From contig CAZHWV010000006.1 in NCBI GenBank assembly GCA_964536185.1, positions 502-64,501 on the forward strand: 64,000 nt of DNA, read 5' to 3'. Positions 58,678 to 64,000 of this stretch are shown piece after piece. Source of the DNA: an uncultured Anaerolinea sp. Lineage in GTDB: Bacteria > Chloroflexota > Anaerolineae > Anaerolineales > Villigracilaceae. How positions within the stretch are numbered: position 1 is the first letter of the stretch; each line of letters begins with the position of its first letter. The notes under the pieces are model-generated. The model had not been told where the DNA came from and made no database searches. It saw only the letters and a list, made by a program, of their open reading frames with translations. The position numbers were made by a program, and so were the translations under genes.

Positions 58678-59856
58678 TTAAGGGTTGATAGCCATCCAGG
58701 TATTGCCGCCATCGCGGGTATTGTAGATGCGGATCCTGTTTTTGGTGTCGGCGGTTAGCAGCCAACCTGTATTTTTATCGATAAACTTGAGACTGGTGGC
58801 GTGTTCTGAGCGGCCAAAAGCCACAGGCAGAAGCTGCCAGGTCTGGGCTGAGTCGCTGGTGAAATACAGGCCCCGCTTGCCCCAGACCCAGCCGGTTTTC
58901 GGATCCAGGAAGGTATAGGTTTCGCCATCGACGATAGAAGCGCCGGGCGACCAGGTGACGCCGCTGTCACTGGTAAAGTAAAATACACGGTTTCTTGCGC
59001 CGGTATCCATGGAAACGAAATCGACAGGCAGCAAGCCCTCGTCATTATTCCCGGTAAAGAAGACGGGTGGCAGGCTGGTGGTGACGAGTGATGTGATGTT
59101 TTCCGGGATCGGGATTTCCTGTGGCGCCCAATTTCGTCCGCCGTTCTCGGTATTGTATAAAAGCACCTTTTGGGGTTGGCTGGCTACAGTCAGCCAGCCG
59201 CGATCGATGCTAATGAAAGAGAACCCAGTTTTAATACCGGTCTCGGGCAGGCTGCTGCCTGGATCCTGGTTTGCTCCGGGGAAGATATTGTTCCAGGTCA
59301 GGCCGTTGTCGTTGGAATTGAACAGCGTAGCGCTCATGGTCTTGGAACCTGTCTGGATGGTTTCCAGGAAATATCCTACCTGATCGATAAAGATCATCTG
59401 TCCATCCAGAAATGGAACTGGATTGACGCGCCAACTGCCGCCGCCGTTGTTGGTGTAGTATAACTGGCCGGTCTGTCCATCTGCCGCGGGAACAACCAGG
59501 TAGAACGTGTTCATGTCGATAAAAAAGATCCGGGTGAAAATATCCACCTGGCCCTCAGGCAGCGGTACCGAGAACCAATTGAGGCCACCGCTGTGGGTCA
59601 AGAGCAGGGTGTTGTCGATCAGCCCCCAGCCATCCAGGGCGGTGAACATTTCGAGCGAGCGCAGGGGCGGGCCATTCGGCGAATTCAGCGGGGGGATGGG
59701 TGTGTTGGATGGCCTGGCAGTGGGTTCAGGCGCAACAGGTGTGTTTGTATTGGTTGGGGTGGTGGGCAGCGGCGTGGGTGTGGACTGGGCCTGGCAAGCA
59801 GCCAGCCCGCCGAGCAGGAGCAAGATGAGTGCAGTGGCGGCCAATTTTTTCATAGC
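58678..59856 (-). CDS. Secreted lipoprotein, 7-bladed BNR/Asp-box beta-propeller (paralogous architecture)
   Basis: Lipobox LAAC. Motifs SGGLNW, NGGGSW, DNGLTW, NGGRNW, DSGVTW, DSAQTW and DGGNTW. Confidence 0.8.
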   Translation of the reverse strand, partial: AMKKLAATALILLLLGGLAACQAQSTPTPLPTTPTNTNTPVAPEPTARPSNTPIPPLNSPNGPPLRSLEMFTALDGWGLIDNTLLLTHSGGLNWFSVPLPEGQVDIFTRIFFIDMNTFYLVVPAADGQTGQLYYTNNGGGSWRVNPVPFLDGQMIFIDQVGYFLETIQTGSKTMSATLFNSNDNGLTWNNIFPGANQDPGSSLPETGIKTGFSFISIDRGWLTVASQPQKVLLYNTENGGRNWAPQEIPIPENITSLVTTSLPPVFFTGNNDEGLLPVDFVSMDTGARNRVFYFTSDSGVTWSPGASIVDGETYTFLDPKTGWVWGKRGLYFTSDSAQTWQLLPVAFGRSEHATSLKFIDKNTGWLLTADTKNRIRIYNTRDGGNTWMAINP

Positions 59857-59872
59857 AGTCTCCCGGATTTGA

Positions 59873-61081
59873 TTACAGCCATTCGACAAGCGTAGATTCA
59901 CCCTGGCCAACGCCTACGCAAAGCGTCGCTAATCCATAGCGGACGTTTTCGCGCCGCTGCATTTCATGCACGAGTGTGGTCAGGATCCGCGCGCCGGAAC
60001 ACCCGAGGGGATGCCCCAGGGCGATCGCGCCGCCATTGACATTGACCAGCTCTTCTGCCAGGTCCAGGTCTTCCAGGACGGCCAAGGATTGGATGGCGAA
60101 GGCTTCGTTAAGTTCCACCAGGCCTAGGTCTGCGCTCGTTAGCCCGGCGCGTTCGAGCGCTTTTTGGGTGGCGGGGACAGGACCCAAACCCATGGTGCTT
60201 GGTTCCACGCCGGCTGATGCGCAGGCGATGATGCGCGCCATGGGTTTTAAACCCAGGATCTGGGCTTTTCCGGCGCTCATCAATAAGATGGCAGCCGCGC
60301 CATCGTTCAACCCGGATGAGTTTCCGGCTGTGACGGTACCGCCTTCCTTGCGGAAAGCCGGTTTCAGGCGGGCCAGGCTCTCCGGGGTAGTATCACGGCG
60401 CGGGCGTTCATCGGCGCTGACCAGCAGAGCCTCACCTTTCTTTTGCGGCACGGGGACCGGTACGATTTCAGCGTTAAATCTGCCCGCATCGATAGCGGCG
60501 ATGGCTTTTCGGTGCGAGCGCAGCGAGAATGCGTCCTGCATTTCACGGGTGAGATGAGGCCGGGTGCTGGCGATGTTTTCAGCAGTCTCGCCCATGCTTT
60601 CGGTGCCGTACATTTCTTTCATTTTGGGATTGGGATAACGCCAGCCGAGGGTGGTGTCGTAGGCAGTCAGGTTGCCAAAGCTGAAGCCTTCTTCGGCTTT
60701 TGGCAGTGAATAAGGCGCGCGTGACATCGATTCTACCCCGCCAGCGATATAAATTTCACCGTCGCCGGCGCGGATGGAGCGCGCAGCGATATTGACTGCG
60801 TTCAGCCCGGAAGCGCACAGGCGGTTGACGGTGACACCCGGCACGCTGGCAGGGAAGCCGGCCAGCAACAGCGCCATGCGCGCCACGTTGCGATTATCCT
60901 CACCTGCCTGGTTTGCGCAGCCCAGGTAGACTTCCTCCACCTGGGCGGGGTCGAGCCGGCTGCGTTCGATTAAGGTTTTCAAGACAAGCGCGGCCAGGTC
61001 GTCGGGACGCACCCTGGCGAGTGCGCCGCCCAGCGCTCCGATGGGTGTACGAATGGCATCTACAATGACAACATCAGGCAT
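59873..61081 (-). CDS. Acetyl-CoA C-acetyltransferase/acyltransferase (thiolase II)
   Basis: Active-site [26 protein letters not shown] and CVGVGQG. Confidence 0.95.
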   Translation of the reverse strand: MPDVVIVDAIRTPIGALGGALARVRPDDLAALVLKTLIERSRLDPAQVEEVYLGCANQAGEDNRNVARMALLLAGFPASVPGVTVNRLCASGLNAVNIAARSIRAGDGEIYIAGGVESMSRAPYSLPKAEEGFSFGNLTAYDTTLGWRYPNPKMKEMYGTESMGETAENIASTRPHLTREMQDAFSLRSHRKAIAAIDAGRFNAEIVPVPVPQKKGEALLVSADERPRRDTTPESLARLKPAFRKEGGTVTAGNSSGLNDGAAAILLMSAGKAQILGLKPMARIIACASAGVEPSTMGLGPVPATQKALERAGLTSADLGLVELNEAFAIQSLAVLEDLDLAEELVNVNGGAIALGHPLGCSGARILTTLVHEMQRRENVRYGLATLCVGVGQGESTLVEWL

Positions 61082-61216
61082 GGAAACCTCCAGGTTTTGA
61101 TGAACTTTGCTATACCCATGATTCTACCACTCGATGCTGATAATCATTGCAATCTTTGCCAACATGCAATTTTCCTGAAATGTACAAAAGTAATTTATCG
61201 CATATAATATGAGGAT

Positions 61217-62062
61217 ATGGCTGAGCCTACAATCAAGCGGACAGTTGAGATTTTGCGGGTTATTTTTCAGGTCTTATGGCCGAAACCTGATGGTTTGCCT
61301 GCCAGGGAAATTCTGGATGCCATCCCGGCCCGGATCCAATTGAGCGAGGCTGAAACCAGCCTGAGTCAGGTTACTTCCAGCCCCCAATATGAAAATATTG
61401 CCCGCGCGGCGACCAATACCCTGGTTGAGGTCGGTTGGTTTATTAAGAATAAGGAACGCTGGTGCCTATCAGATGGTGGCATGGCGGCCTGCCGAAACAT
61501 TAAAAATGTGGAGGAAGTTTATAAGGCAGCCCTGCTGTTATGTGAAGAAAAGAGGCAGCTGCGGGCGGATATTTTGTTGACCGTCGAAAATGCTGAAGAA
61601 CAAGCCTGGCAGCAGATCTGGCGCTATTTGAATGAGATGAACTCGATCGAGTTCAAAAATATGGCCGCAGATTTATTAATGGCCTTGGACTACCATTTGG
61701 ATTGGGTTGCGCCCCCTCGGAAGAAGCATGGGTATATTGACCTGGTTGCTTATCCTAACCCGATGGGCAGTTGCGGAGCGCGGATCAAGGTGCATGTCCG
61801 GCATCAGGGCCAGGCTGCCACAATGGAGGGATTGAGGGCTTTTATGGGCGAGCTTAATGCCCACGATGCAGGGATTTTTATCTCTTCGGGTGGTTTTACT
61901 GAACAGGTGCTGGCCGCGGCTAATTCCCAGGAATTTCGTCAAGTCAGATTGATCGCTCTCGATGACTTTTTCCAGTTTTGGGCAGAAAATTACGATCTGC
62001 TCTCCCCAGAGGCTCGACAGCGCTTTCCGCTTAAACCGATTTACTTTCTTACGCCTGAGTAA
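61217..62062 (+). CDS. Mrr-like restriction-endonuclease-fold protein with N-terminal winged-helix domain
   Basis: N-terminal Mrr_N-like wHTH. C-terminal PD-(D/E)xK-like core FKNMAADLL...GYIDLVAY...IKVHVRH...GIFISSGGFT. Confidence 0.7.
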   Translation: MAEPTIKRTVEILRVIFQVLWPKPDGLPAREILDAIPARIQLSEAETSLSQVTSSPQYENIARAATNTLVEVGWFIKNKERWCLSDGGMAACRNIKNVEEVYKAALLLCEEKRQLRADILLTVENAEEQAWQQIWRYLNEMNSIEFKNMAADLLMALDYHLDWVAPPRKKHGYIDLVAYPNPMGSCGARIKVHVRHQGQAATMEGLRAFMGELNAHDAGIFISSGGFTEQVLAAANSQEFRQVRLIALDDFFQFWAENYDLLSPEARQRFPLKPIYFLTPE

Positions 62063-62074
62063 TCATGTTTGATT

Positions 62075-62119
62075 GGACAGAAAAGCCACCATCCGGACGA
62101 GATGGTGGCTTTTCTGTCC
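62075..62119 (+). terminator. Rho-independent terminator
   Basis: Perfect 19-bp stem GGACAGAAAAGCCACCATC / GATGGTGGCTTTTCTGTCC with a 7-nt loop. The 3' arm is T-rich. Confidence 0.75.
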
Positions 62120-62187
62120 ACCACGCAGCTAGAGGGCATAATAACGACATTCCACTTTGGGAACAAGGTCAAAATACTACCAAAAGG

Positions 62188-62215
62188 TTGACAAATCTCA
62201 AATTATGTATATAAT
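62188..62215 (+). promoter_or_regulatory. Consensus sigma-70 promoter
   Basis: TTGACA (62188-62193), 16-nt spacer, TATAAT (62210-62215). Confidence 0.65.
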
Positions 62216-62269
62216 TTGTACAGGTTTTGTTTAGTATTTGTTCATTTATTTTGAAAGAGAGTGGAGCAT

Positions 62270-62863
62270 ATGGCTTATCTCAAGTTCAATGATTTCGCCC
62301 CGGATGTGGATCTTCTCAGCGTGGATGGGGCGAATACTAAGATTTCATCTCTTTGGCAAGACAGCGCACTGGTTTTATCCTTTACGCGTCATTTTGGATG
62401 CCCGCAATGTAAAGAGATGATGGATCAATTGGCGCAGTTCAAGTCAGAATTTGCGGCGAGAGGCTTATCCCTGGCAATTGTGACCCAGGGCACACCTGAA
62501 ATGGCCAAATCTTTTTGTTCTGAACGCGCCCCAGGGATTATGTGCCTGGCTGATCCTGATCGAAAGGCTTACCGGGCTTATGGTCTTGGTCAAGCTTCAT
62601 TATTCCAATCCATACTTTCGCTGCGGGTCATGCGTTCAAACCGGCGTTTATTTCTTCAAAAGGGTTGGAAGGCTGAGCTACCTCCAGTCGGACAGGACAC
62701 TTTTCAGATGTCCGGAACCTTCATCATTGGCGTAGATGGTCGTATTCATTTGCCCTATTATTATGATGATATTGCTGACCACCCGTCTGTAGATCTGCTT
62801 CTACACGGGGTGATGGGCGTTGACTGGTCAACGCCACTAGAATCTCCAATAAAGCCTGAGTAA
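62270..62863 (+). CDS. AhpC/TSA-family peroxiredoxin-like thiol-disulfide protein (CxxC)
   Basis: LVLSFTRHFGCPQC thioredoxin-fold CxxC motif. ATG 62270 and GTG 62261 are both possible starts. Confidence 0.8.
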   Translation: MAYLKFNDFAPDVDLLSVDGANTKISSLWQDSALVLSFTRHFGCPQCKEMMDQLAQFKSEFAARGLSLAIVTQGTPEMAKSFCSERAPGIMCLADPDRKAYRAYGLGQASLFQSILSLRVMRSNRRLFLQKGWKAELPPVGQDTFQMSGTFIIGVDGRIHLPYYYDDIADHPSVDLLLHGVMGVDWSTPLESPIKPE

Positions 62864-62869
62864 ACCAAT

Positions 62870-64000
62870 ATGCAAAATCTATTCCTCGCTTCATTTTTGG
62901 CCATTAAAGAGATCTGGCGTAATCGCGGCCGGTTTTTCCTGGTTAGCCTTGTGATTGCCTTGATCACCTTGTTGGTATTGTTCATTGCCGCTCTCGGGGA
63001 AGGCTTGGGGACCAACAACCGGGAATATATTTCCAAAGTGGATGGTGAACTGGTTGTCTTTCTGGAGAAAGCCGATTACATCATCAGCGCCAGCCGCTTA
63101 AACCAGACCACTTTGCGGGCTGTGCGCCGGGTGAGTGGGGTAGCTGACGCGGGTCCGCTTTCGGCCTCAAACACAGCCATTTTGCTGCCGGATGACAAAG
63201 CTTTAAAAGTCTCTTTGCTGGGCGTCGAATCTGGCCGGCCAGCCACCCCTCAGGTAACTGCCGGGCGCTCGTTTCTGACCGACCAGTCAAACGAGGTGAT
63301 TATCGACCAACGTGTCGTTCAACGTTCCAACATCAAGCTGGGCGATTTGATCACAATCCGTTCCACCCAGGGCACCAAGGATAAGTTCTTTGAGCTCAAG
63401 GTGGTTGGCATTACTAGTGGCCAGGCTTTCTTTTTTCAACCTTCCATCTTTGTGCCAGCGTATGTTTGGGAACGAATCCGGCCCAAGGCGGAATCTGAAA
63501 TAAGCAACTTGACTCCGGCGATTAATATTATTGTTGTCAAGTTGACCGACCCGACCCAGGTCACGCAGATGCAGCAAAAAATACAGGAATCAGTTCAAAA
63601 TATCCAGGTTGGTGATATTCAAACGACGATCAACAATATTCCTGGCTATTCAGCCCAACAGGGAACTGTTCAGACCCAAGGCTTTTTCACGCTTTTGATC
63701 GGCGTCCTGGTCATCGGTGGCTTTTTCCAGATACAAATACTGCAAAAAGTACCTCAAATCGGTGTGCTTAAGGCGATTGGCGCTTCCAATTTTGTAATTG
63801 GCATCTCCTCAATCATTCAGATCAGTTTGATCACGGCCATGGGTGTCGCGATTGGTGGTTTGTTAACTTTTCTGTTTTCGCTTGGATTTCCCCCGACCGT
63901 GCCGCTGTCTTTCAACGGTTCTGCTTCGGCGCTGGCCATCCTTGCTCTGCTGTCGATTGGACCACTGGGTGGTCTGGTCTCGGTATTTTATGCCGTCAAA
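62870..64000 (+). CDS. ABC transporter permease, MacB/FtsX type (3' end outside window)
   Basis: My own translation gives 377 codons with no stop to the window edge. TM1 is followed by a roughly 230-aa extracytoplasmic MacB-PCD-like domain and then an FtsX-type TM bundle (GVLKAIGASN). This ORF is absent from the supplied ORF track because it is open-ended. Confidence 0.85.
   Translation, partial: MQNLFLASFLAIKEIWRNRGRFFLVSLVIALITLLVLFIAALGEGLGTNNREYISKVDGELVVFLEKADYIISASRLNQTTLRAVRRVSGVADAGPLSASNTAILLPDDKALKVSLLGVESGRPATPQVTAGRSFLTDQSNEVIIDQRVVQRSNIKLGDLITIRSTQGTKDKFFELKVVGITSGQAFFFQPSIFVPAYVWERIRPKAESEISNLTPAINIIVVKLTDPTQVTQMQQKIQESVQNIQVGDIQTTINNIPGYSAQQGTVQTQGFFTLLIGVLVIGGFFQIQILQKVPQIGVLKAIGASNFVIGISSIIQISLITAMGVAIGGLLTFLFSLGFPPTVPLSFNGSASALAILALLSIGPLGGLVSVFYAVK

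Noticed and set aside
1-64000. A window-wide search for CRISPR arrays, transposases, integrases, phage genes, tRNA and rRNA.
   Set aside because: I saw no spaced direct-repeat array and no recombinase or transposase motif. The only tandem repeat (57416-57473) is coding. The long hairpins all have different sequences, so they are not a MITE or REP family.

Overview
The window is a 64-kb, gene-dense chromosomal segment with about 50 protein genes on both strands and no rRNA, tRNA, CRISPR array, transposase or integrase. All family calls come from motif recognition by eye. No database search was run.

The gene content looks most like a Chloroflexota (Anaerolineae-like) chromosome, which is an inference. 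It rests on T-box and cobalamin riboswitches, a GT87-like membrane glycosyltransferase, large TPR-GAF histidine kinases, many PAS/GGDEF proteins and lipobox-bearing secreted beta-propellers.

**Housekeeping genes:** polA (3' end), comEC, serS behind a T-box leader, xpt-guaA, a thiolase, RNase H1 and SDR oxidoreductases.

**Transport:**
- A cobalamin-riboswitch-controlled btuF/btuC/cbiR-like/btuD-like operon.
- A heterodimeric ABC exporter pair.
- The 5' part of a MacB/FtsX-type permease, which runs off the right edge.

**Signalling:**
- A DUF574 methyltransferase-HK-RR operon.
- Two GGDEF cyclases, one of them directly downstream of a CheB-CheR-PAS fusion.
- A 1030-aa TPR-GAF-GAF-HK.
- A vWA-like/FHA protein with a PP2C phosphatase.

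**Envelope and secreted proteins:**
- A 2040-aa thioester-containing alpha-2-macroglobulin.
- Two 7-bladed Asp-box propeller lipoproteins flanking a Gmad2-like protein.

I did not find one clear-cut novel system. The observations most worth a second look are:
1. An in-frame TAG abutting a 12-bp hairpin, which joins an 82-codon ORF with a good SD to the large histidine kinase ORF.
2. An orphan structured leader/sRNA with a strong intrinsic terminator upstream of a GGDEF gene.
3. The riboswitch-controlled B12 uptake operon carrying a CbiR-like remodelling enzyme.
4. An FGGY-kinase plus sphingosine-1-phosphate-lyase-like bicistron.
5. The orphan CheBR fusion plus GGDEF pair.
6. The orphan membrane-anchored A2M.
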